Of a DNA stretch of 64,000 nt, positions 53,022 to 62,462 are shown in pieces. The translations under genes were made by a program, and so were the position numbers. The notes beneath the pieces are model-generated. The model saw nothing but the letters and a program-made list of their open reading frames with translations, searched no databases and had not been told where the DNA came from. The stretch is from Candidatus Krumholzibacteriia bacterium (GTDB lineage: Bacteria > Krumholzibacteriota > Krumholzibacteriia > JAJRXK01), in NCBI GenBank assembly GCA_041484665.1, contig JBGPIA010000017.1:32001-96000 (forward strand), read 5' to 3'. The stretch's first letter is position 1; each line of letters opens with the position of its first letter.

Positions 53022-56000
53022 TCATCGGACGAGCGCCATGCGCTGCGTCTGCACGAAGCCGGACGTCTCGAGTCGGTAGAAGTAGACACCGCTCGCTGCC
53101 GGCAGCCCGCTGTCGTCCAGGGCGTCCCAGACGGCTTCGTGCCAGGCCGGACCGTCGCGGAGCCCATCGACCAGCACGCGCACCTGGCGGCCCTGGACGT
53201 CGAAGATCCGCAACGTCACGTGCGCGAGTGCGGGCAGCGCGTACGCGATCGTCGTCCGCGGATTGAAGGGGTTGGGCACGTTGTTCAACAGCGCATGCGC
53301 GGTCACCGGCGGCCGGTCGTTCGCTACGGCCGTCGCGGCCACGATCTCGAAGGTGGCATCGCTCGTGTCGCTGGCTGCGTTGCCGGCGAGGTCCAAGGCC
53401 ACGACCTTGAGGCGCGCGTCCGCCGACGCAGCGGCGGGGATGGTCCAATCGTAGGACACGTCTGTCGTGACGACGTTTGCGAGCGGCAGGAAGCTGGCCC
53501 CACCGTCGGTGGAGTAGAGGAGCGCGACCGACGCCAGACCCGACGTCGCATCGGAAGCCGTCCAGCGGACGCTCTGCGTCGTGCCCTCCGCCCACGTCTC
53601 GCCCCCGTTGGGCGAGGTCACAGTGACTGCCGGAGGCGTGGCGTCGATCCAGAACGGTCCCAGATGTTTCACGTCGGTCTCGACGCTCCCGTTCCCGGCA
53701 CCGTCGACGGGCCGCACGTGGAAGTAGTGCGCGATGCCATCGGGCTGCGGCGGGCTGGTGAGCGCCAGCCCGGCCGTCTCGATGGCGGCGTCGGGGATGG
53801 ACGTGGCGAGCTGATCCCACAGCACCGAGTAGCCGGCGTTGCCGCAGGCGTCGCCGGATGGCGCGGTCCAACTGACGTCGATCGTGGGATCGGCCGACCA
53901 GCTGGACGCCACGTGGCTGGCGCTCTGCACGTTGCCGGCTGCGCCGGGTGGGGTGGTGTCGCCGGTGCCCCGGAAGCAGGCGCTCCACGGTCCGATCGCC
54001 CCGCACCCGGCTCCGGCTCGGACCCGCCAGAAGAACGGCCCGGGGGGGATCCCGTAGGTCGTGAGATCCAGCCGGCTCTCTGGGATCATCACCGAGAGCC
54101 CGCCACCCGCCCCACATACGAGATTGAGCTCCACTTGGTAGACGGCCGCCCCGGCGACATCGCTCCAATCCAGAACGGTCCCGGGGCCCAGGCACGTGGC
54201 GCCGTTGGCAGGAGCCTGCAGCACCGGCACGCCAGGCGCCACGGGTGCGGTCGTGAATGAGAAGCACGGCGACCAGCTTCCCAGCACTCCGCACGAGTTC
54301 TCGCCGCGCACGCGCCAGTAGTACGTGGTGGCGGCCGCGAGGCCCGCGGCGTCGTAGTCGGAGAAGTTCCGCGAGACGATCGACCCCAACCCGCACGCCG
54401 TCCCGATCTGCACGTCGTAGCGCACCGCGTTGGCGATGGGCAGCCAGTTCAGGGTGACCGCCGTGGCCACACAGGTCTGCTGGTCGTCGGGATCCTGCAA
54501 CGTGACTGCCCCGGTCGCGGCCGGGGCCGTGGTGAACGTCCGGCACGGAGTCCACAGGCTGTAGTTGCCGCAGTCGTTCTTGGCGATCACGCGCCAGAAG
54601 TACGTGGTGTTCGGCGTCAGGCTGCCCGCGTAGAACAGGCGTACCGAGCCGACGGGGATGTCGTACACCGTGCCCGCGCCGCAGGCGTCGCCAACTTGCA
54701 ACGAGTACCCGTCCGCGCTGGCGTTATCGCTCCAGTCCAGCCGGACGGGGAAATCAAGGCAGGTTGCGGCGTTGGCCGGCGAGAGCAATCCCGGTTCGGC
54801 CAGCGGAGCGCAGTAGTCCACGGTCAGCGGCGCCGCGTCCTGGCCGTCGGTGTCGTTGTTGCCCGTGGCGGCGTCGGCAACGTCCAGGATGACCCCGACG
54901 AAGTAATCGCCCGAAGCCGTTGCGGCTGGAATCAGAGGGAGCACCGCGTCGATGCTCACCGACAGACGTATCCCGATGCTCACGTTCACCGAACCGCTGG
55001 CCAGCAGCACGTCCGTCGTGGAGATGTTGTTGTTCGTGGACAGGTAGATATCGTAGCCCAGCAGGCCGTTGAAGCCGGCATCCCCGTAGTTGTGGACGAC
55101 AAAATCGAGGTCGGTCAGCCGGCGGCCCGACGTGATCGTGCCCGGCGAGAGCGTAACGGTCAGAGGGACCAGGTCGGCAGCCGCGGGTCGGTCGGTGTTG
55201 ATCCAGCTCTGGATGTCGCTGAATTTGTCCGACGTGATGCGGACGTCCCAGGTGGTGCTGTTGGTCCCGTTGGACAGCACGGCGCGCACGATGTCGGCGC
55301 GGACCGCCCCGGACCCAGACTGCCCGCCGTAGGAGAGGCGGTCGTAGCTGACCTCGTTGCCGTACCAGAGGCCGAAGATGGGATCGGTCTCGCAGTCGTC
55401 GAAGTCGCCGGTCTGCGTGTACATGAACTGCCCACTGTAGGGGCCCTCCGCCGGGTAGCCGTCGTGCTCCCAGGTGCCTCCCGTGAAGTACGAGCAGTCA
55501 TCGTGATAGCCGTAGCCACGCCACCCGGTCAGCGCTCCCACGGGCCGGTCGAGGTCGACCAGGGCGACGTCGTGGTCGAAGTCCTCGTCGGACGTCCAGC
55601 CCGACCACGAGTGGAGCTGGAGCGCGCCGGCATCGCCGAACGGCTTGGCGCCGTTGTTGTACGCCGGCACCACGGTGACAGTCGTGGCCCACCCGCCGCG
55701 AGAATTATCGTGGACGCAGTGCCCGACGGTGACCACGTGCAGGGGATCGATCAGCGTTCCGGAGCCCACCGTATTACTGCCATTGGGCCACGCGGTGAAG
55801 AGCTTCACGTGGTTGGGATAGTTCCCCGCGGTGGGATCGGCCACCAGCGATAGGCCGCTGAAGTTCTCCGGAAGCAGCTCGCCGCCGGGCGCTCCCTTGT
55901 CGGACACGCCGCCGCTGCCTGGTACCTCGCCGCTGGGCGGCAGGACGCTCTTCGGCAGGGTCGCCGGCTGGCCGAGCGTCTCGACGCGCGCCCGCAGGTC

Positions 56001-56243
56001 GAAGGTCTCCAGACGTCCGCGCGGGCGGGGCGCGGCTCCCTTGGGGCGATCGATATGTCGCGGCAGCGGCATTGGCTGGTACGCCGACGGATCGAACGGG
56101 GCTACGGTCACATCGGGATCGTCGTCGCCGCGCGGAGCTTGGTCCGCAGCGAGCGCGTGGGGCGCCAGCGGCCCGACACGAAGCGCGAGGACGGCCAGGG
56201 GAACCGCTACCGAGACCAGATTGCGCAAGCTGAGCCGGGACAT
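53022..56243 (-). CDS. large secreted trypsin-like (V8/glutamyl-endopeptidase-like) serine protease with CARDB, FN3-like repeats and FlgD-Ig tail
   Basis: Triad motifs VTVGHC, DVALVDL, GGQSGSG; repeated Y(F/Y)WRV...W..C..F.T; VPNPFNP tail; GGAGG RBS. Confidence 0.88.
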   Translation of the reverse strand: MSRLSLRNLVSVAVPLAVLALRVGPLAPHALAADQAPRGDDDPDVTVAPFDPSAYQPMPLPRHIDRPKGAAPRPRGRLETFDLRARVETLGQPATLPKSVLPPSGEVPGSGGVSDKGAPGGELLPENFSGLSLVADPTAGNYPNHVKLFTAWPNGSNTVGSGTLIDPLHVVTVGHCVHDNSRGGWATTVTVVPAYNNGAKPFGDAGALQLHSWSGWTSDEDFDHDVALVDLDRPVGALTGWRGYGYHDDCSYFTGGTWEHDGYPAEGPYSGQFMYTQTGDFDDCETDPIFGLWYGNEVSYDRLSYGGQSGSGAVRADIVRAVLSNGTNSTTWDVRITSDKFSDIQSWINTDRPAAADLVPLTVTLSPGTITSGRRLTDLDFVVHNYGDAGFNGLLGYDIYLSTNNNISTTDVLLASGSVNVSIGIRLSVSIDAVLPLIPAATASGDYFVGVILDVADAATGNNDTDGQDAAPLTVDYCAPLAEPGLLSPANAATCLDFPVRLDWSDNASADGYSLQVGDACGAGTVYDIPVGSVRLFYAGSLTPNTTYFWRVIAKNDCGNYSLWTPCRTFTTAPAATGAVTLQDPDDQQTCVATAVTLNWLPIANAVRYDVQIGTACGLGSIVSRNFSDYDAAGLAAATTYYWRVRGENSCGVLGSWSPCFSFTTAPVAPGVPVLQAPANGATCLGPGTVLDWSDVAGAAVYQVELNLVCGAGGGLSVMIPESRLDLTTYGIPPGPFFWRVRAGAGCGAIGPWSACFRGTGDTTPPGAAGNVQSASHVASSWSADPTIDVSWTAPSGDACGNAGYSVLWDQLATSIPDAAIETAGLALTSPPQPDGIAHYFHVRPVDGAGNGSVETDVKHLGPFWIDATPPAVTVTSPNGGETWAEGTTQSVRWTASDATSGLASVALLYSTDGGASFLPLANVVTTDVSYDWTIPAAASADARLKVVALDLAGNAASDTSDATFEIVAATAVANDRPPVTAHALLNNVPNPFNPRTTIAYALPALAHVTLRIFDVQGRQVRVLVDGLRDGPAWHEAVWDALDDSGLPAASGVYFYRLETSGFVQTQRMALVR

Positions 56244-56527
56244 CGGCCTCACCTCCATGCAGCTCCGGTGGTGCGCAGGGGTTGGGCGTGTGCGAACCCG
56301 AGGCCCGCGGCCCGGGACCATTGGGCTGCGGCGATTCGCCGCCCGGTAGGGAATGGGGGCGCACTCCGGGCTGCAACGTGGTCTTTTCCCGACTCCGGGG
56401 TTTCATGCACGCGGGGAACACACTGGTTCGCACAGGGCACGGGACACGCGGGGTGCTCGGCGTGCGGCGGGGGGTGGTCGGCGTGCCGCGCAGGGTGCGC
56501 GCCGCGCGGCCCGCGCTGAGCCCGTGC

Positions 56528-59500
56528 CTATTGCCAGTCGCCAGTGGGAACGAAGGCCGCCCAGTGAAAGGGTGAAGCCGCCTGCCCTCGCGCGCGGTAG
56601 TCCCGCAGCACAGCCAGGCTGGCGGCCCGCGCCGCCTCGGCCGTCGGGGCTCCGCGCGAGAAGCGCTCGACGTACAGCTCCTGCATCCAGCGCAGGGCGT
56701 CCGTGTCGTCCACAGACCACAGGCTGGCGATGAGCGTGCGGGCGCCTGCCACCGCGAAGGCCCGGCGCAGCCCCAAGATCCCCTCCCCGGCGGCAATCTC
56801 GCCCAGACCCGTGTCGCAAGCGGAAAGTACGACCCACTCGGCGCCGCTCAGATCGAGCCCGGCGATTTCTTCTCCGGTCAGGATGCCGTCGTCTCGGTCA
56901 GGCCCTGCATCGCCGCGGTGATTGGCTCCGGCCAGCGCCAGTCCGGCGCGCAGCAGCGGGTTCTCCACAAGCGGACCGGCGGCCAGCTCGTCGGTGGAGG
57001 CGATCGACCACGCCGGCACGGCGCTCTCCAGGCTCGATGCGCACGCGCCACCGAGGACGAAGCCGTGGGTCGCGAGGTGCAAAACGCGCCGGCCCTGCGC
57101 CGCGCGCTTGAATGCAGTTTCGGTGGCGCCGCCGCCGGTGAGCACCATCACGTCCGCTCGCGGCACCCGCTGCCGGTAGATCCCCGCGACCGTCGAGGCT
57201 TCGAGCGCTGCGCCAGGCAACGCGGGGAACCGCAGCTCGGCCGGCTCGTCGCACGCCGAGCGAGCGCCGCGGAGGGCCAGCGCGGCCACCGCGCCCACCG
57301 GAGCCGGCCCGCGAGCCACCAGGTCGGCCGGGTCCGCATCGAAGTCGGGTCCGCCGACGGCCAGCAGGTCCGCGCTCTGGCCCGCCGCGGTCGCGGGGCG
57401 CCAGCCCGCGGCTGGCCGCGCGAACCGCCCAGGCCGCACCAGGTCGCGCTCGGTCGTGAGCACGTGCAACAACGGGCCCGTCTCCAGCAGGTAGCGGCCG
57501 TCGCCGGTGGGCAGCGCAGCGAAGGCGACCAGATGCAGCGCACCCTCCGGCACCAGGAAGACCGTGCGCGCTCCCTTCAGGTGCGGCAGCAGCGGATCCC
57601 ACACGGCACGCCGCAGCTGCTCGCCGGCAGCGCGGCAGGCGCTCTCGGCCTGCTCCGCCGCGGGACCCTCGGGCGCGACGCCTTCGGCGATCGCAGCGCG
57701 CCAGTCCGCGACGAGGCTGTCGACGCGCCCGCAGGCCCCCAGCGGGACGGCGGCCATCCGTCGCGGCCCCGTGCGCAGCACGAGCGCGCACAGCCCGCAC
57801 CGCGATTGCGGCGCCTCGGTGCGAGCGTAGGCCACCAGAGCCGAGCCCGCTGGCAACGCACGCGCGACCGCTGCGATCCCCACGCTGTCACCCGCCGCCT
57901 GGCGCGCCAGCGCCGAAACGTGCCGCGCGACCTCTCGCTCCACGCGCTCTTTTTCGCGCAGGGCCAAGGCGAGCGCATCGGCATTGCGCTGGGCGGGGGC
58001 CTCTGGCTCGCGCACGGCCAGCCGGGCCAGCCGCGCGCGGGCGGACTGTAGGCCGGCGCATAGCGCCGCCACGGTGCTGTCGCCGCTGGCCGCTAGAAGC
58101 GACCGGCGTGCTGCGATCTCATCGAGCACCAGCGCCCGCGAGCGCACCAGAGCGTCCCACGCCGCCTCGATGCGCGCAGGCCGGGGTGCAGCAAGCGCGG
58201 CGGCCAGCGCGATCGCGCAACCCGCGGGGCGCACCCGGGCGTAGCGCAGCGCCTGGCGATCGGGCAGCCCGCGCGCCATGACGCGTAACCGCTCGCGGCC
58301 GATCTGCTCCGCGCGCAGGGCCGCGGCCAGCGAGCCTTCGAAGTCCCCACTCTGCAAGCGCACGCGCGCCAGATCCTGCAGCGCCAATCCTACCTCGGGA
58401 TTGCCGGGGCCCCAACTCGCCGTAACCACGGCCACGGCTCGCTCGAGGTTCGCCTGGGCTCCCGACCGGTCGCCCTGGCGCGCGAGCAGGTTTCCCAGGC
58501 TGCGCAGGCTGCGGCCGACGTAGGGATGCTCTGGCCCCAGCGTGCTCGTACGCAGCGCCAGCGCGCGCTCGAGATCCGAGCGCGCGGCGTCGAGTTGGCC
58601 CAGCCCGGCGAGCACCTCGCCATGCAGATCGAACGCCCGGGCTAGCACCGTGGTCTCGGCGCCCTCTCCGCCCTGCATGAGCGCCAGCCCTCGCTCCAGC
58701 GTCGTTCGCGCCCGTTCGAGATCGCTCGTCCCCAACAGCGCGGCTCCCAAGTTGGTCAGCACCCGTCCCAGCTTGGGGCTGTCCGAGCCGTACGTGGCCT
58801 CGGCAATGGCGAGGGCGCGCTCGAAGCAGCGCAGCGCCTCCCCGTAGTCCCCGCTCTCCGAGTGGACGGTGCCGAGGTTGTTGTAGGTGTCGCCCACGCG
58901 CGGATGCTGCGGGCCGAGGTTGGTCTGCACGCGGGCGAGAACCAGCTCCCACAGGCGGATCGCCTCGGTGTAGTCGCCGGCGTCGTAGGCCGCGATGCCC
59001 AGGTTGCTCATTGTGGCGGTGACCCGCGGGTGGTCCGGCCCGTGCAACATCCGCACGATCTCGAGCGCGCGCTCGAGCAGCGCGCGCCCCGCTTCGTACT
59101 CTCCGAGGTCCACCGTCACGATGCCGAGGCTGTTCAGCACGTCGGCCACAGGCGAGCTGGCGGGCCCGAAGACCTTTTGGCGGATGGCGAGCGCGCGCTG
59201 GTAGGAGGATCGGGCGGCCTCGAGGTCCCCCCTGGAGTTGAGCACGCGCCCCTGGATGGTCAGCGTGCTGGCCAGGCGGGGCGAATCCGGCTCCCCCGCA
59301 TCGACGAGGATGCGCAGCGCGCGCTCGATGACCGCCAGGGCTGCGTCGAGACGATCCGTGACCCGGTGGAGCTCGGCGAGATCGGTCAGGACGGGTACGA
59401 TCGACGGGTCCGCCGGGTCGCGGCTGCGCTCGAGGATGGCGATCGCTCGCTCATAGTCCTCGCGCGCGGACTCGAACTCCCCCTGCTGCTGCCGGATCCA

Positions 59501-60100
59501 GCCGCGATCGTGCAGGCTCGGCGCCACGTCCGGGTGGTCGACGCCCAGCGCGCGCTGCTTGATCGCCAGCGCCCGCTCGAACGCCGCGCGGCAGCCGGCC
59601 CACTCGCCGGCGACCCGCAGGAGCCACCCCAGATTGGTGGCGCTCACCGCCAACTCGAGGTCGTCTTTGCCCAGCGCGTGCTCCTTGATGGCCAGCGCGC
59701 GCTCGGCCAGCGCCCGGTCCGCAGGGTCAGCGGTCTTACGCTGGCGCCAGACCGCCTCGACGACCAGGTCGATGGCGCGGGCGGCTTGCAGGCTCTGCGG
59801 GCCTTGCACGCGCTCGGCAGCGGCCAGTCGCTCGCGGGCCAGCGCCTCGGCGCGCGCGGTTTCGCCGGCATCCAACAGGGCCCGGATGTCGTCGGATGCG
59901 GCCGTGGCGTTGGCGGTGGGAGGCGTTGCAGTTGGCGCGGACTGCGCGGTGGCGGTGGAGGTCTCCTGGGAGGCACCGCTCCCCGGGCCGGCACGACCGA
60001 GCCCCACGACCACGCCGGCGAGGGCAAGTAGCGCGGGCAGGGCGCGCGCGGGGGCACACCCTGGCGATCGGAGAGTCAGCGCTCGGCCTGGTGGTTGCAT
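56528..60100 (-). CDS. exported TPR-CHAT caspase-like protease (intact)
   Basis: Signal/TM N-terminus; about 12 kinesin-light-chain-type TPRs (ERAL.I....G..HP); LHLATHGF (His), VLSACDTG (Cys), HWAAFVPTGDW. Confidence 0.92.
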   Translation of the reverse strand: MQPPGRALTLRSPGCAPARALPALLALAGVVVGLGRAGPGSGASQETSTATAQSAPTATPPTANATAASDDIRALLDAGETARAEALARERLAAAERVQGPQSLQAARAIDLVVEAVWRQRKTADPADRALAERALAIKEHALGKDDLELAVSATNLGWLLRVAGEWAGCRAAFERALAIKQRALGVDHPDVAPSLHDRGWIRQQQGEFESAREDYERAIAILERSRDPADPSIVPVLTDLAELHRVTDRLDAALAVIERALRILVDAGEPDSPRLASTLTIQGRVLNSRGDLEAARSSYQRALAIRQKVFGPASSPVADVLNSLGIVTVDLGEYEAGRALLERALEIVRMLHGPDHPRVTATMSNLGIAAYDAGDYTEAIRLWELVLARVQTNLGPQHPRVGDTYNNLGTVHSESGDYGEALRCFERALAIAEATYGSDSPKLGRVLTNLGAALLGTSDLERARTTLERGLALMQGGEGAETTVLARAFDLHGEVLAGLGQLDAARSDLERALALRTSTLGPEHPYVGRSLRSLGNLLARQGDRSGAQANLERAVAVVTASWGPGNPEVGLALQDLARVRLQSGDFEGSLAAALRAEQIGRERLRVMARGLPDRQALRYARVRPAGCAIALAAALAAPRPARIEAAWDALVRSRALVLDEIAARRSLLAASGDSTVAALCAGLQSARARLARLAVREPEAPAQRNADALALALREKERVEREVARHVSALARQAAGDSVGIAAVARALPAGSALVAYARTEAPQSRCGLCALVLRTGPRRMAAVPLGACGRVDSLVADWRAAIAEGVAPEGPAAEQAESACRAAGEQLRRAVWDPLLPHLKGARTVFLVPEGALHLVAFAALPTGDGRYLLETGPLLHVLTTERDLVRPGRFARPAAGWRPATAAGQSADLLAVGGPDFDADPADLVARGPAPVGAVAALALRGARSACDEPAELRFPALPGAALEASTVAGIYRQRVPRADVMVLTGGGATETAFKRAAQGRRVLHLATHGFVLGGACASSLESAVPAWSIASTDELAAGPLVENPLLRAGLALAGANHRGDAGPDRDDGILTGEEIAGLDLSGAEWVVLSACDTGLGEIAAGEGILGLRRAFAVAGARTLIASLWSVDDTDALRWMQELYVERFSRGAPTAEAARAASLAVLRDYRARGQAASPFHWAAFVPTGDWQ

Positions 60101-60265
60101 GGGACCCCGCTGCGGAAGCCTGCGCAGGGGCGGTAGCTTCGTCGCCCCGACTCTGCGCCCTCGGCATCCAGTTGCCAAGAGGCTGCCGCGGCGGGTGGTG
60201 GGTCAATTCGAGCCCGGACTTCATCGCTCGGCAGGGAGGCACACAGCGATGCTCGGCGGCGACAC

Positions 60266-60302
60266 TCTGCGAATCTGACCATCCGATGGTCAGATTCGCA
60301 GA
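60266..60302. repeat. perfect 18-bp inverted repeat with 1-nt spacer
   Basis: tctgcgaatctgaccatc-c-gatggtcagattcgcaga between the anti-sigma and CHAT genes. Confidence 0.85.
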
Positions 60303-60415
60303 AGGTCAAGGCAACTGACCCACCACGCACCGGCCCGCGGCCCGAGCGGGGCCGCGCGCGGCTCATGGCTGGCTCCGCGCCTTCTCGTTTCGGGTTGGAT
60401 CGACCGTGCCGAGCA

Positions 60416-61159
60416 TCACCTTGCACCGCCCGGCTGCTCGATCTGCACGCGGAAGCTCCACTCGTACGCTGCAGCGCCTGCCCCGTCCAAGCCGCCGCCG
60501 CGCAGACGCACGCGGTACGTGCCAGAGCGCAGGGGAACGGGCGCCTCGAGCACGACGAGTAGCGTGCTACGCCCAAGCTCCGATGGCGCCACGGGGATCG
60601 GAGGCATCGGACTGCCGGCGGGACCGGTCACCTCGATGGTCACCGGTTGCGAGCGATCCAGCGGCGCGGGGACGGCCAGCATGAGCACGAGCGAGCGCGA
60701 GCCGGCCGTCAGCGTCACGCTGCCCGACGCCCCGCGGACATTTGTCGGCGCCACCCACGGCGCGATCCAACCCGATTGGCCGGAGGCGGCTGGAGACGTC
60801 GTCGCCATCTGAGGCCGCAGTAGCAGCAGCGCGGCGATCGCCATCACACCCGCTCCGGCCAATCCCCCCATGAGCCACGGCAGCCACGCTTGCCGCCCCG
60901 CCGCCACACGTAATCCGCGGGAGCGCGCCGCAGCCTGCGCCGGGTCGCGCAAGGCTCGCAGCGCACGTTGGCGGTCTGCGCGCAGGGCGGCCATGGCCGG
61001 TGCGGCGCTCTCGAGCGCTTCGAAGCAGAGGTTGCATTGCAGGGCATGGTCCTCGAGCGCCTGTCGCTGTGGGTCCGGGAGCGTCCCCAGCTCGTAGAAG
61101 GGGAGCAGCCGGGAGAGCTCATCGTGATCGCGCGCGGTGCCTTGCGCGTCTTCGTCCAT
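60416..61159 (-). CDS. zinc-finger (zf-HC2) anti-sigma factor with TM and beta-rich extracytoplasmic domain
   Basis: LLPFYELGTL...LEDHALQCNLC; TM WLMGGLAGAGVMAIAALLLL; TGATG overlap with the sigma stop. Confidence 0.82.
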   Translation of the reverse strand: MDEDAQGTARDHDELSRLLPFYELGTLPDPQRQALEDHALQCNLCFEALESAAPAMAALRADRQRALRALRDPAQAAARSRGLRVAAGRQAWLPWLMGGLAGAGVMAIAALLLLRPQMATTSPAASGQSGWIAPWVAPTNVRGASGSVTLTAGSRSLVLMLAVPAPLDRSQPVTIEVTGPAGSPMPPIPVAPSELGRSTLLVVLEAPVPLRSGTYRVRLRGGGLDGAGAAAYEWSFRVQIEQPGGAR

Positions 61160-61752
61160 CACCCGCCGCCCTCCTTGTGCAGCTCCTGGAGGTCGCGCAG
61201 GAGCTTGGCCCGACACCGTGAGACCCGGCTGTCGATTGTGCCCGCCGGCTCTGGGGCGAATGAGCGGTGGATCTCCTCGCGGGTCGCCCCTTCCAGCAGC
61301 ATCCGGAAGATGGCGCGGCAGGGAGGCGCGGTCAGCGCCAGCGCCTTCTCGAGCGAGTCCATCAGCTCAGCCTGGCCGGTCCCATCGTCGATCGCCGCAC
61401 CAGCCGCCACGCCCACCGTGTCCCAGTCCAGCGTCGCCTCGGACACCGACACGTGCCGGCGTTGCTGGCGCTGCCGTTTCAGGTGGTTGCCGATCTTGTG
61501 GTGCAGGATCGTGAAGATCCAGGGGAGGAAGCCCCGGGGAAGCTCGGCATCCCGATATTTTTCGTACGCCGTACGCAGGGTGTCCTGGGCGAGATCCTCG
61601 GCGGCCTCTTGGTCCCAGACCTTCCTTTTCGCCAGCGCGTGAATCCTTGCGTGGAGCCGCTCGAACAGCAGACGCTCGGCCTCGCGGTCGCCTGCCCTGG
61701 CGCGCGCGACCAGGCCCTCGGACACGTCGCCAAATGGCTGGGGGTCGGGCAT
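61159..61752 (-). CDS. ECF RNA polymerase sigma factor
   Basis: LVARARAGDREA, AEDLAQD, FLPWIFTI, GTIDSRVSRCRAKL. Confidence 0.9.
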   Translation of the reverse strand: MPDPQPFGDVSEGLVARARAGDREAERLLFERLHARIHALAKRKVWDQEAAEDLAQDTLRTAYEKYRDAELPRGFLPWIFTILHHKIGNHLKRQRQQRRHVSVSEATLDWDTVGVAAGAAIDDGTGQAELMDSLEKALALTAPPCRAIFRMLLEGATREEIHRSFAPEPAGTIDSRVSRCRAKLLRDLQELHKEGGG

Positions 61753-62462
61753 GCGGTGATCCCCGTGGGCGTGGGGGGCCAGCGCGGTGGGCGCGCGGGC
61801 GGCGGATCGCGCGAGTGCGCCCGCGAAGGTACACGCTGCCGGGGGTAGTGTCTGCCTTGGCGCGCCGGGAGGGGAGGGTGAGTCCCACGGCGATCGGGCG
61901 CCAGGGGTCGGGTGGGTTCGGTCATTGCGGCCTGGACCGCCGGATCGAACCGCTGGTTCCACCCGCGAGTCGCTGTGAGCGACGCCTCGGAACGCAGCTC
62001 CACGTCGGAGGTGCGCAGGCTGAGGCCGTCGGGGGACACCCCCCGGGTCCCTCTTAAACTATTGTGTCACGTGGACTTGCCATGGATCGCTGGGTGGGGC
62101 AAGCCTGCGAGAGGCAGTGATCTCACCGCGGATCCTGCGCAATGTGGTTCCCTGCACACGCTCGAAAGCGTCCCCGAACTTCATCGACGAGGCAAGGCTT
62201 CTGGCGATTCTCATCTGCTCGTGGTCCAGGCGAGCGCCGTATACTCACCACCAACACGCTCGAGTCACGGCCCTGACGTCAGGGGCTTCGCTTTTCGCAT
62301 GCGCAGCCCGACCCAGGACCCTGCCCGTCTGTTCGCTCATCAAGATTGGGGCGTATGGAGGGGTACACACGGCCCCGCGGACCGGGGTGACCGTCGCGAT
62401 CCACGGCGCGAACCCGGCCAGGTCCGCTCGCACGGCCCACGTAAGCTGCGAGGAGACCGATC

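Noticed and set aside
56250..62460. Shared promoter motif for the module 2 sigma
   Set aside because: Upstream regions of 56243, 60100, 61752 and 62463 were compared by eye with no convincing common motif
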